NCBI RefSeq assembly: GCF_000091665.1
Contig: NC_000909.1
Location: 790,712 to 822,711 of the forward strand
Reading direction: 5' to 3'
Source: Methanocaldococcus jannaschii DSM 2661
Lineage (GTDB): Archaea > AGJL01 > Methanococci > Methanococcales > Methanocaldococcaceae
DNA: 32,000 bases
Shown: positions 10,148 to 19,132 of the stretch, in pieces
Position numbering within the stretch: the stretch's first letter is position 1
Layout of the letters: every line of letters begins with the position of its first letter
Notes under the pieces: model-generated
The model's database searches: none
Seen by the model: only the letters and a program-made list of their open reading frames with translations
Told to the model about the DNA's origin: nothing
Made by a program: the position numbers and the translations under genes

Positions 10148-11203
10148 TTAATCAATCTTTATTTTCTTTTCACCCTTATAAACCAAATATACAACCAACA
10201 TCCCTCCCAATATATCCAAAACTGCTCCAATAGGAAGAGGGGAGGCGGGCCTATTTATTCCATAGAGGTAGTGGATTGGAAGATAGTATTTCAATGAAAG
10301 GATATGACATGAAACCATCAAAATAACTCCCAAAAACATTGTTGCTGGAACTAAGTATCTATGGTCAGAGGTTTTTATTAATGGTCTTGCTAAGTATGGA
10401 GCAATAATTCCAATAAACGCAATTAAACCTACATAAGGAATTATAGCTCCAGTTATAAACGAAGCGAAGAATAAAACTAACAGTCGTGTCTTTTTTATAT
10501 CCAATCCAAAACTTTTCGCATACTGCTCTCCAAACAGTAGGGCGTTTAAAGATTTTATTAAAAACATAACTCCAATAATAAATATAATTGAGCAGATTGT
10601 CATTGGAATTACATCTCCTAATGTTATCTTAGATAAAGAACCAATTGTAAATCCCCAATACTCTTGAATCTTCAACTCTTCAGCATTTGCAATTAAATAG
10701 GCTCTTAAACCCATAAAGAAATAACTCAGCAATAAAGCAACAATTATAACCCCATTTGCCTCTCTAACTCTCAAAGCAATAATAATTAGCAAAATCATTG
10801 AAAATATTCCTCCACACCAGCCAGCAACTAAAATGCTCTTTTCTCCAAAAATCTCAAATAAATGTGAGAGAGAATCAATAAATATAACCAGTGCAACAAC
10901 CATTAAAACTCCAGACGATATTCCAGTTGTGTATGGAGAGGCTAATAAATTCCTAAATAGAGTTTGAAGCATTAATCCAGCTACAGATATGGTTAATCCA
11001 ATAAGAACCGCTCCAATTATTGGAGGCAGTCTAACATCTTTTATTATTATATCTTTAAACTCATTTCCAGTAGTTCCCTTTAATAGGAAATTAATTATGT
11101 CTTTTACAGTTATTAAATGGGTATCTCCAGCCAAATATAGGGCAGTAAAGGGCAATATTAAAGAGAGGATAAATAAAATTAACAAAATCCCAACTTTATT
11201 CAT
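10148..11203 (-). CDS. ABC transporter permease, FecCD/BtuC family
   Basis: 351-aa polytopic protein with family motifs: RLPPIIGAVLIGLTISVAGLMLQTLFRNLLASPYTTGISSG; FIGIIAPYLARPLIKTSDHRYLVPATMFLGVILM; GRPASPLPIGAVLDILGGMLVVYLVYK (read ..YGINRPASPLPIG..). Confidence 0.93.
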   Translation of the reverse strand: MNKVGILLILFILSLILPFTALYLAGDTHLITVKDIINFLLKGTTGNEFKDIIIKDVRLPPIIGAVLIGLTISVAGLMLQTLFRNLLASPYTTGISSGVLMVVALVIFIDSLSHLFEIFGEKSILVAGWCGGIFSMILLIIIALRVREANGVIIVALLLSYFFMGLRAYLIANAEELKIQEYWGFTIGSLSKITLGDVIPMTICSIIFIIGVMFLIKSLNALLFGEQYAKSFGLDIKKTRLLVLFFASFITGAIIPYVGLIAFIGIIAPYLARPLIKTSDHRYLVPATMFLGVILMVSCHILSLKYYLPIHYLYGINRPASPLPIGAVLDILGGMLVVYLVYKGEKKIKID

Positions 11204-12251
11204 TTAAATCCCCATTTTTCTTATTTTTAGGTAGATTATAATTGCTATTGGTGCCCCAATTATTGATAGAGGGCAGAGTAGAGGAAGGACATTCGTTGAT
11301 GATATTAAAACTCCCGGTCTTGTTAATATGTCTGCAACAACTAAAAATACAGCTCCTAAGAGCATGGTTACTGGAATTACATAGATATGTTTGGAAGTTC
11401 CACAAATCATTCGTGCAAGTATTGGGCAGGTTATTCCAACAAACGCTATCGGTCCAGTAAATGCTACAACTGTTGCAGTTAAAACGCAAGAGAGAATAAT
11501 AAGCCACATCCTTAAAGATTTTATATCAACTCCTACACTGATTGCATACTTCTCCCCTAACAAATTTGCATCCAATTTTTTTGATAGAAAGATGTGGGTT
11601 AAAATTGAGAGTGGGATAATTAATTAAAGCCATTATAACAACCATGTCCCATGTTAGATTATTTACTGAACCCATTTCCCACATCAAAAAGCTTGAAAGA
11701 TTGCTATTTTCCTCTCCAATATAATCTCCCAAATAAATAACAATAGTAGAAAATCCAGAAGCGATTGCTCCAATCATTAAACCGCAAATTAACAAAGTTG
11801 AAACTTGCTTAACAACCCTTGCAATATTTATTACTATAAACATCGTTATAAATGCTCCAATGTATGCAGATATTATAAATCCATAAATGTTGTGTGGAAT
11901 TCCTAATTTGAAGAGCATGTAGGTAAAGAGGTATAAAACAACTCCTAACGATGCCCCACTTGCAACTCCCATTAGGTAGGGGTCTGCTAATGGGTTTCTA
12001 AAATAGCCCTGCATTAAAATCCCTGCTAATGCAATGGCAATTCCAGCAACAATTGCTCCAATAGTTCTTGGCAATCTCAACTTAAAGATAATTTTATCCT
12101 TTATTTTGTTTCCAGTTGTGCCTTTTAGTAGATAATCAGCTAATTCTTTATTTTTTATAGAAATGGTTCCTAATTTTATGCTATAGATTGAAGAAATCAC
12201 TAACAAAATACTTAGGATTATTGATAAGGTTAAAAATCTTTTAAGTTTCAT
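11204..12251 (-). pseudogene. Second FecCD/BtuC-family ABC permease, split into two frames by a one-base frameshift at an A7 tract (coding strand)
   Basis: The N-terminal part is in ORF 11526..12251 (RLPRTIGAIVAGIAIALAGILMQGYFRNPLADPYLMGVASGASLG) and the C-terminal part is in ORF 11204..11575 ([43 protein letters not shown]). The coding strand reads ATC-AAAAAAA-TTGG; with 6 A residues the frame runs ...[28 protein letters not shown]. Confidence 0.88.
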
Positions 12252-12275
12252 AATAACACACTCATTTACTATTTA

Positions 12276-12329
12276 ATTACGTTATTATGATTACTTACTA
12301 CGTATATGAGTAAGAGGTAATAATGTAAT
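12276..12329. promoter_or_regulatory. Hyphenated dyad between divergently transcribed permease and binding-protein genes; candidate operator
   Basis: Arms ATTACGTTATTA (12276-12287) and TAATAATGTAAT (12318-12329) match as inverted repeats at 11/12. An inner perfect arm pair is CTTACT (12294-12299) / AGTAAG (12309-12314). Confidence 0.5.
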
Positions 12330-12434
12330 ATATTTTTTAATATGGCTTGGATAATAAGATTTATATACATGCCAAAAATAAAGATTACTGAATAATTTAT
12401 AAAACTTCTTTTAATAAGGTAAGGAGGTTTTATT

Positions 12435-13679
12435 ATGAAAAAGCTTTTGGCTATTGGTATATTGTGTATAATGGTAACAGCTGTAATGTCTGGATGCGTA
12501 AGTGAGAAAGAGATAAACATAAATAATTCCAATAAAATCACCACTAACATGCCAGTATCTGAAAAAAATATTACAAAAATTTTAAAATACGCTAAAAATA
12601 TGAACCTAATATATTATGATGAAAATGGAAATATTGTGAATCCCTACAATGGGGATAAGTGGAAATATAAGGTTTTTATTGATGCAACGGGACAGAAGTT
12701 TTTATTGAAGAACAAAGATGACCCAGTTCCAAGTTGGGCAAAAGAGAAGTTGGGAGATAACTTCAAAGTTATAAATGTGCCTTTAACAAGGGTTATTGTT
12801 ATGAGTTCTACAGAGATTGCGTTAATGGAGGCAATAAATGATGATGGTTCAGTTATAGGGTCAGTTAAAGGAATAATGTGGGGAAAATCCTATAAGTGGT
12901 ATTTTAAAGATATAAACAAAAGTTTAGCAGAAGGAAAAATAATTGATGTTGGTTCATCAAGTAATCCAAATTGGGATAAAATTATTGAAATCAACCCACA
13001 GGTTATATTTGTATATCCTGGCTATGATGGAGATAAGATTATAGCAAAATGTAAAGAGTTAGGAATAACCTATGTTGCTGATGCGGAGTATTTAGAAAAC
13101 GACCCGCTTGGTAGGTGTGAATGGGTTAAGATGTTTGCTGCCTTTTACAACAAAGAACCTGAAGCAAAAAGATATTTTGAAAAAGTTGAGGACAATTGTT
13201 TAAAAGTTATAAATAAAACTAAAAACTGTCCAAAAGTTACAGTTGCATGGGGTTACAACTCTCAATGGGGATGCTATGTTCCAGAAAATAATTCTTATGT
13301 TGCTAAGGAAATAATGTTCTACTGCAATGGAGATTATATTTTCAAAGACCTCAATGGAACAGGCAGTGCAAAAATCAACTATGAGACGTTTGCTGAGAGG
13401 GCAAAAGATGCTGATGTTTGGGTTGTTCCTTCAAGTACAGCATGGTTATCAACATTTAAAGAAGATAATCCAGGATATGAAACATTTAAAGCAGTTAAAA
13501 ATGGAAGAGTATTTTGTGAGAGTGATGATTACTGGCAACTTGGATTGCTAAAAACTGATGAGGTTATAATGGATTTAGCGACTATTTTGCATCCAGAAGC
13601 ATTTAAAGGAAGAAAAACACACTTCTTCCTAAAATATAACATAGAAAATAACACTGCGACACCATTCATTGCTAAATAA
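12435..13679 (+). CDS. Periplasmic substrate-binding lipoprotein of the ABC transporter (BtuF/FecB-like), paralog of 5307..6482
   Basis: Signal peptide and lipobox-like MKKLLAIGILCIMVTAVMSGCVSEK. Shared blocks with the first binding protein: PLTRVIVMSS / PVKRIV, IIEINPQVIFVYPG, DPLGRCEWVKMFAAFYNKEPEAKRYFEKVEDN, FEKVED.., MDLATILHPEAFKG. RBS AAGGAGG upstream. Confidence 0.87.
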   Translation: MKKLLAIGILCIMVTAVMSGCVSEKEININNSNKITTNMPVSEKNITKILKYAKNMNLIYYDENGNIVNPYNGDKWKYKVFIDATGQKFLLKNKDDPVPSWAKEKLGDNFKVINVPLTRVIVMSSTEIALMEAINDDGSVIGSVKGIMWGKSYKWYFKDINKSLAEGKIIDVGSSSNPNWDKIIEINPQVIFVYPGYDGDKIIAKCKELGITYVADAEYLENDPLGRCEWVKMFAAFYNKEPEAKRYFEKVEDNCLKVINKTKNCPKVTVAWGYNSQWGCYVPENNSYVAKEIMFYCNGDYIFKDLNGTGSAKINYETFAERAKDADVWVVPSSTAWLSTFKEDNPGYETFKAVKNGRVFCESDDYWQLGLLKTDEVIMDLATILHPEAFKGRKTHFFLKYNIENNTATPFIAK

Positions 13680-13828
13680 AAATAACAAAATAAAAATAAC
13701 ACTTGTTTCTTTTTTATTTCTTTTATAATTAAAAAGTTATTAAATCATTAAATAATACATTAATAATATTAGCAGTTTATTTATTAACACTATATAATAT
13801 TTTATAATAAAAATTTTGGTGAATAATT

Positions 13829-14668
13829 ATGAGAAAATTTTGTGTCTATGGAAAGGGAGGAATTGGAAAATCTACAACTGTCTCAAATATTGCAGCAGCT
13901 TTGGCAGAAGATGGAAAGAAGGTTTTAGTTGTTGGTTGTGACCCAAAAGCAGATACGACAAGAAATTTAGTTGGAAGAAAGATTCCAACAGTTTTAGATG
14001 TTTTTAGAAAAAAGGGAGCAGAAAATATGAAATTGGAGGATATAGTTTTTGAGGGTTTTGGAGGAGTTTATTGTGTTGAGTCTGGAGGACCTGAGCCAGG
14101 GGTTGGATGTGCTGGGAGGGGAGTTATTACAGCGGTTGATATGCTAAACAGATTAGGGGCTTTTGAAGAACTAAAGCCAGATGTTGTTATTTATGATATT
14201 TTAGGGGATGTTGTTTGTGGTGGTTTTGCAATGCCTTTACAAAAACACTTAGCAGATGATGTTTATATTGTAACAACCTGCGACCCAATGGCAATCTATG
14301 CGGCAAACAATATATGTAAAGGGATAAAGAGGTATGCAAGTAGGGGAAAGATTGCATTAGGGGGGATTATTTACAATGGGAGGAGTGTTATAGATGCTCC
14401 AGAAATTGTAAAAGATTTTGCCAAAAAAATTGGAACTCAAGTTATTGGAAAAATCCCAATGAGCAACATTATTACAAGAGCAGAGATTTACAAAAAGACA
14501 GTTATTGAATATGCTCCAGACAGTGAGATAGCAAATACATTCAGAGAGATTGCAAAGGCAATTTATGAAAATGAAAATAGAGTTATTCCAAATCCGTTAT
14601 CAGAGGAGGAATTGGATGAGATTACAGAAAAAATCGATGTTCTTTTAAAAGAGAGTGTTAAAGGATAA
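13829..14668 (+). CDS. cfbC: NifH-like reductase component, probable CfbC (Ni-sirohydrochlorin a,c-diamide reductive cyclase reductase subunit, coenzyme F430 biosynthesis)
   Basis: P-loop [18 protein letters not shown], cluster-ligand region [13 protein letters not shown], switch-like region [31 protein letters not shown]. No nifDK or other nitrogenase genes are adjacent; family assignment is by recognition. Confidence 0.75.
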
Positions 14669-14689
14669 TTCTTATTTTTTTGGGATAGT

Positions 14690-15616
14690 ATGGATATCTT
14701 ACCATATTTAACTAAAATAATACTTCTTTCATCTATTGGAATTACTATTGCAAGTATTATAGTGGAAACCAATCTAATAAGCAAAATTAAAAAAATAACA
14801 AAGCCAATTTGTTTAATTTCTAACCTTCCAGAAGAGTGTGTAGTGTCTTTATTAGGAAATTTTATAAATCCAACTGTTGGAAAGTCAATGTTATCCGGTT
14901 TTTATAAAGAAAATAAGGTTAATGAAAAAGAAGTTATAGTAACAACTATAATTAGCCCTTTACCCACAATTTTAGGAGAGAGTGTTTTTAGAGTTCAATT
15001 GCCATTAGCTGTTGTTATTTTAGGCTATAAGTTGGGACTTATCTATGTCTCTCTTAACGTTATCTCTGGATTTTTACAGGCTTTAATTGGAATTTTGTAT
15101 GCAAATATATTTTTTGAACGAAGGCAGATAAATATTGATAACAACAACAATGAAAAAATCGTATTTAATAGAGAAGTTATAATTAAAGGCTTTAAAAAAT
15201 CATTAAAAATCTTAAAAAAAGTTATTCCAATGATTGTTATCTTTACCCTATTAATAAACTTCTTGATAAAACTTGGTTTAATGGATGTTGTTAAAGGACT
15301 GTTTAGCCCGATATTTAGAATTCTTGATTTGCCAGGTGAGGCAATAACTGTTTTGATAGCAAATCTTGCCCATTTTTCTGCTGGATATACCACAGTTGAT
15401 ATTTTGATAAAAAATGGTGTTTTAAATGAGAAACAGGCATTAATAGTTTTATTGATTGGAAATATTATCAGTGTTACCATGATTTATTTAAAGCATTCTA
15501 TTGGAACATACATATCTTTATTTGGAAGGTTTGGTTTAAAGTTGGCGGTAATAAATTATACAATAAGTGTTATGATTAAGATATTGCTGATTTTATTGCT
15601 TATCGCCTTTTTTTAA
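14690..15616 (+). CDS. Integral membrane protein with nucleoside-recognition/Gate-like family character; paralog of 4322..5266
   Basis: 308-aa polytopic ORF. NPTVGKSMLSGFYKENKVNEKEV and LIGNIISVTMIYLKHSIGTYISLFGRFGLK align with the first paralog. Confidence 0.75.
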   Translation: MDILPYLTKIILLSSIGITIASIIVETNLISKIKKITKPICLISNLPEECVVSLLGNFINPTVGKSMLSGFYKENKVNEKEVIVTTIISPLPTILGESVFRVQLPLAVVILGYKLGLIYVSLNVISGFLQALIGILYANIFFERRQINIDNNNNEKIVFNREVIIKGFKKSLKILKKVIPMIVIFTLLINFLIKLGLMDVVKGLFSPIFRILDLPGEAITVLIANLAHFSAGYTTVDILIKNGVLNEKQALIVLLIGNIISVTMIYLKHSIGTYISLFGRFGLKLAVINYTISVMIKILLILLLIAFF

Positions 15617-15626
15617 TATTTTAAAA

Positions 15627-15680
15627 TTATTCTTCAAATATAAACTTAAACACTCCTTTCTGAACGTGCAATCTATTCTC
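15627..15680 (-). pseudogene. argF 3'-end remnant encoding ...[17 protein letters not shown]
   Basis: Nt 15634-15680 match the functional argF 3' end at 15811-15857 at 42/47 positions. Translation is conserved and stop TAA is at 15629..15627. Confidence 0.85.
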
Positions 15681-15685
15681 TGTGA

Positions 15686-15791
15686 AACTTTTAGTAAAAG
15701 TTAAACAAAAACCCGAAAAGTTTTTGTAGCCCGAAGCTAACGCTTCGGTTTCATCAAAACAGGATACACTGCCTCGCTACGCTCGGCAGTG
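15686..15791. repeat. Cluster of four consecutive short dyads/hairpins between the argF remnant and the functional argF 3' end
   Basis: AACTTTTA-G-TAAAAGTT (15686-15702); CAAAAAC-N7-GTTTTTG (15706-15726); CCGAAGC-TAAC-GCTTCGG (15731-15748); CACTGCC-N11-GGCAGTG (15767-15791). The last two are locally GC-rich in AT-rich DNA. Confidence 0.75.
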
Positions 15792-15800
15792 CCTCTTAGA

Positions 15801-16718
15801 TTACTTTCTCTCAAATATAAACTTAAATACTCCCTTCTGAACATGTAACCTATTCTCAGCCTCATCATAGACAACTGAATGCTCTCCGTCAATAACATCG
15901 TCTGTTATCTCATATCCTCTATTTGCTGGGAGGCAGTGCATAACTATAACATCATCTTTAGCATACTCTAAGAGCTTGCTATTAATTTGGAATGGTGGAA
16001 AGATTTTTAAAACCTCTTCTTTGTCTTTATCATCACCCATACTAATCCATACGTCGGTGTATAATACATCAGCATCTTCAGCTGCCTCTATTGGGTCGTT
16101 GGTTAATGTTAAAGAACCTTCTCCATAATTATTAATAATCTCCTTAGCTTTTAAGACAACTTTAGCATTAGGTTCATAACCTTTTGGTGTTCCCACATAA
16201 GTATCCATTCCTACTAAAGCAGAGCCTAAAATTAAAGAATTACAGACGTTATTTCCATCTCCTAAATAAGCTATTTTTAAACCTTTGAATTTGCCTTTAT
16301 ACTCTTTTATAGTCATCAAATCAGCCAATATTTGGCATGGGTGAGCTAAATCGCTTAAAGCATTTATAACAGGAACTGAGGAATATTTAGCCATCTCCTC
16401 TAAATGTCTATGCTTATAGACCCTTGCCACTATAGTATCAACATATCTGCCCATAACCTTTGCAGTATCTTTTATTGACTCTTTCTTTCCTAAATGTATC
16501 TCATTCTGGTTCATTATTAGTGGATGCCCTCCCAACTCATAAACTGCAATATCAAAACTCATTCTTGTTCTTGTTGAGGGTTTTTCAAATAAAATCGCTA
16601 CACTCTTCCCTTCTAAGATTTTTTCATGTTTTCTTCTATTTTTTTTGAAGTATATTCCATATTCAATAATTTTTAGTACATCTTCTCTACTCAACACATC
16701 CAAATCTAAGAGATGCAT
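15801..16718 (-). CDS. argF: Ornithine carbamoyltransferase
   Basis: 305 aa; carbamoyl-phosphate motif [40 protein letters not shown]-terminal [10 protein letters not shown]. Confidence 0.96.
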   Translation of the reverse strand: MHLLDLDVLSREDVLKIIEYGIYFKKNRRKHEKILEGKSVAILFEKPSTRTRMSFDIAVYELGGHPLIMNQNEIHLGKKESIKDTAKVMGRYVDTIVARVYKHRHLEEMAKYSSVPVINALSDLAHPCQILADLMTIKEYKGKFKGLKIAYLGDGNNVCNSLILGSALVGMDTYVGTPKGYEPNAKVVLKAKEIINNYGEGSLTLTNDPIEAAEDADVLYTDVWISMGDDKDKEEVLKIFPPFQINSKLLEYAKDDVIVMHCLPANRGYEITDDVIDGEHSVVYDEAENRLHVQKGVFKFIFERK

Positions 16719-17066
16719 TTTATCACCTTTTATACTATTAAAAACTATTTTATATTATCATGAGCCATTATTTATATTGTTGTAGTTTCTTACGTAATGA
16801 TAGACGATATTTGCAAAATTACACGTTTATGTGGTTATTGAATGAAATTAAATAAATAAGGGCAATATTTATGGGAATTAACAATTAACTATTAATAATA
16901 TTTGATGTTTTTGTAATTCTTTTTATTTATTAACTTTGTGTTATATTTTTCAGTGCTATAAGTTTTTTAAGAACTGTTTTATTATTGTATTTTTTATAAT
17001 AAATTAACTGTTTAAGAATTTGTCATAAAATATTAACAAATACTGAAATAAGAGCACGGTGATAGA

Positions 17067-17660
17067 ATGCACTATTTCTCTGAAAAGCCAACAACTAAAT
17101 CAGATGTAAAAATTGTTGAAGACATTTTAAGAGGAAAAAAATTAAAATTTAAAACAGATAGTGGGGTTTTCTCTTATGGAAAGGTTGATAAAGGAACAAA
17201 AATTTTAGTTGAAAACGTAGTTGTTGATAAAGATGACGACATCTTGGATTTGGGCTGTGGTTATGGTGTTATTGGCATTGCCTTAGCTGATGAAGTTAAA
17301 TCAACTACAATGGCTGACATAAACAGGAGGGCAATAAAATTAGCCAAAGAGAATATAAAACTAAATAATTTAGATAATTATGATATTAGGGTAGTTCATA
17401 GCGATTTATATGAAAATGTTAAAGACAGAAAGTATAATAAGATTATAACAAATCCACCAATAAGAGCTGGAAAGGAAGTTTTACATAGAATTATTGAGGA
17501 AGGTAAAGAACTTTTAAAAGATAATGGCGAGATTTGGGTAGTTATTCAAACAAAGCAAGGGGCTAAGTCATTAGCTAAATATATGAAAGATGTCTTTGGA
17601 AATGTTGAGACAGTTACAATAAAAGGAGGTTATAGGGTCTTAAAAAGTAAGAAATTATAA
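17067..17660 (+). CDS. Class I SAM-dependent methyltransferase (RsmC/MJ0882-like)
   Basis: 197 aa; motif I (VDKDDDILDLGCGYGVIGIALA), motif IV-like NKIITNPPIRAGKEVLHRII. GGTGAT RBS upstream. Confidence 0.9.
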   Translation: MHYFSEKPTTKSDVKIVEDILRGKKLKFKTDSGVFSYGKVDKGTKILVENVVVDKDDDILDLGCGYGVIGIALADEVKSTTMADINRRAIKLAKENIKLNNLDNYDIRVVHSDLYENVKDRKYNKIITNPPIRAGKEVLHRIIEEGKELLKDNGEIWVVIQTKQGAKSLAKYMKDVFGNVETVTIKGGYRVLKSKKL

Positions 17661-17684
17661 AAATTATAATAATTTGGTGATTCT

Positions 17685-18695
17685 ATGCCGTTATGCCTAA
17701 AAATAAACAAAAAACATGGTGAGCAAACAAGAAGAATATTGATAGAGAATAACTTATTAAACAAGGATTATAAAATAACTTCTGAGGGAAATTATCTCTA
17801 TTTACCAATAAAAGATGTTGATGAAGATATTTTAAAAAGTATTTTAAATATTGAGTTTGAGTTAGTTGATAAAGAGCTTGAAGAGAAAAAAATAATTAAA
17901 AAACCAAGTTTTAGAGAAATAATATCAAAAAAATATAGAAAGGAAATTGATGAGGGCTTAATATCCCTCTCTTATGATGTAGTTGGTGATTTGGTAATTT
18001 TGCAGATTTCAGATGAGGTTGATGAAAAAATAAGAAAGGAGATTGGGGAATTGGCTTACAAACTAATCCCATGCAAAGGGGTTTTTAGAAGAAAGAGTGA
18101 GGTTAAAGGAGAGTTTAGAGTTAGGGAGTTAGAGCATTTAGCAGGAGAGAATAGAACTCTAACAATCCATAAAGAGAATGGTTATCGTTTGTGGGTTGAT
18201 ATAGCGAAGGTTTATTTCTCTCCAAGATTGGGAGGGGAGAGAGCAAGGATTATGAAAAAGGTCTCTTTGAATGATGTGGTTGTTGATATGTTTGCTGGAG
18301 TGGGGCCTTTCTCAATAGCTTGCAAAAATGCCAAAAAAATCTATGCCATAGATATAAATCCACATGCAATAGAGCTTTTAAAAAAGAATATAAAGTTAAA
18401 TAAATTAGAACATAAGATAATTCCTATATTGAGTGATGTTAGAGAGGTTGATGTTAAAGGGAATAGGGTTATAATGAATTTGCCAAAATTTGCTCATAAA
18501 TTTATAGATAAGGCATTGGATATTGTAGAAGAGGGAGGAGTTATACACTATTACACAATTGGAAAGGACTTTGATAAAGCAATAAAATTGTTTGAGAAGA
18601 AATGTGATTGTGAGGTTTTGGAAAAAAGAATAGTTAAGAGTTATGCCCCAAGAGAATATATATTAGCTTTGGACTTTAAAATTAATAAAAAATAA
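17685..18695 (+). CDS. trm5b: tRNA (guanine37-N1)-methyltransferase, Trm5b type
   Basis: 336 aa; VYFSPRLGGERARIMKKV, VVDMFAGVGPFSIACKNAKKIYAIDINPHAI, NRVIMNLPKFAHKFIDKALDIVEEGGVIHYY. GGTGAT RBS upstream. Confidence 0.93.
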   Translation: MPLCLKINKKHGEQTRRILIENNLLNKDYKITSEGNYLYLPIKDVDEDILKSILNIEFELVDKELEEKKIIKKPSFREIISKKYRKEIDEGLISLSYDVVGDLVILQISDEVDEKIRKEIGELAYKLIPCKGVFRRKSEVKGEFRVRELEHLAGENRTLTIHKENGYRLWVDIAKVYFSPRLGGERARIMKKVSLNDVVVDMFAGVGPFSIACKNAKKIYAIDINPHAIELLKKNIKLNKLEHKIIPILSDVREVDVKGNRVIMNLPKFAHKFIDKALDIVEEGGVIHYYTIGKDFDKAIKLFEKKCDCEVLEKRIVKSYAPREYILALDFKINKK

Positions 18696-18728
18696 TAATA
18701 CTAATTGTCTTAATAATAAGGTGGTTCC

Positions 18729-19075
18729 ATGGCTATTGCCTATGCTAAATTATATGAGTTGATATATAAAAATGTTAAGAATGAAAAAAGGCGGAAGAGT
18801 TGTATAAAATAGTTGAAGAATTTATAAAAGAAAATGAACAGAAGATTGAAAATAAATTTAAGAATGAGAAGATTATTATTAAAAATGAATTAAAGGATGA
18901 ACTAAAAAAAGAATTGGCTACAAAGGAGGATGTTTTATTGGTTGAAGAGAGATTAAAAGGGGAAATTAGAGCTACAAAAGAAGAAATATTAAGAGGTGTT
19001 GATAATAAATTCAACCAAATAAAAATATTGATAATTATTGTTTTATTTGCAATACAAATAACAAATCAAACGTAG
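18729..19075 (+). pseudogene. Small coiled-coil protein gene with C-terminal hydrophobic helix, split by a frameshift at an A6 tract
   Basis: Frame 1 from ATG 18729: MAIAYAKLYELIYKNVKNEK..., stopping at TAG. With one extra A in the A6 tract at 18784-18789 it joins KKAEELYKIVEEFIKENEQKIENKFKNEKIIIKNELKDELKKELATKEDVLLVEERLKGEIRATKEEILRGVDNKFNQIKILIIIVLFAIQITNQT. Confidence 0.75.
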
Positions 19076-19132
19076 TTGAGTTAATAAAACTATTATTTGG
19101 ATTAAAATAATTAGCTATAAAAGGGATAATCT

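Noticed and set aside
11196-11507. 103-aa minus-strand ORF ([14 protein letters not shown]...) overlapping the permease C-terminus
   Set aside because: It overlaps the better-supported permease frame ([20 protein letters not shown]). Its composition is Asn/Cys/Ser-rich and typical of an out-of-frame translation.
13327-13551. 74-aa ORF within the second binding-protein gene
   Set aside because: Alternate-frame ORF inside a clearly coding region.
13829-14668. NifH-like gene as evidence for nitrogen fixation
   Set aside because: No nifD, nifK or nifEN homologs are adjacent. The divergent NifH class fits the CfbC/F430 function better.
16719-17066. About 350-bp gap between argF and the methyltransferase gene as a possible ncRNA or riboswitch
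   Set aside because: It is uniformly AT-rich, and I found no strong stem-loop architecture. RNA-seq would be needed to support a call.
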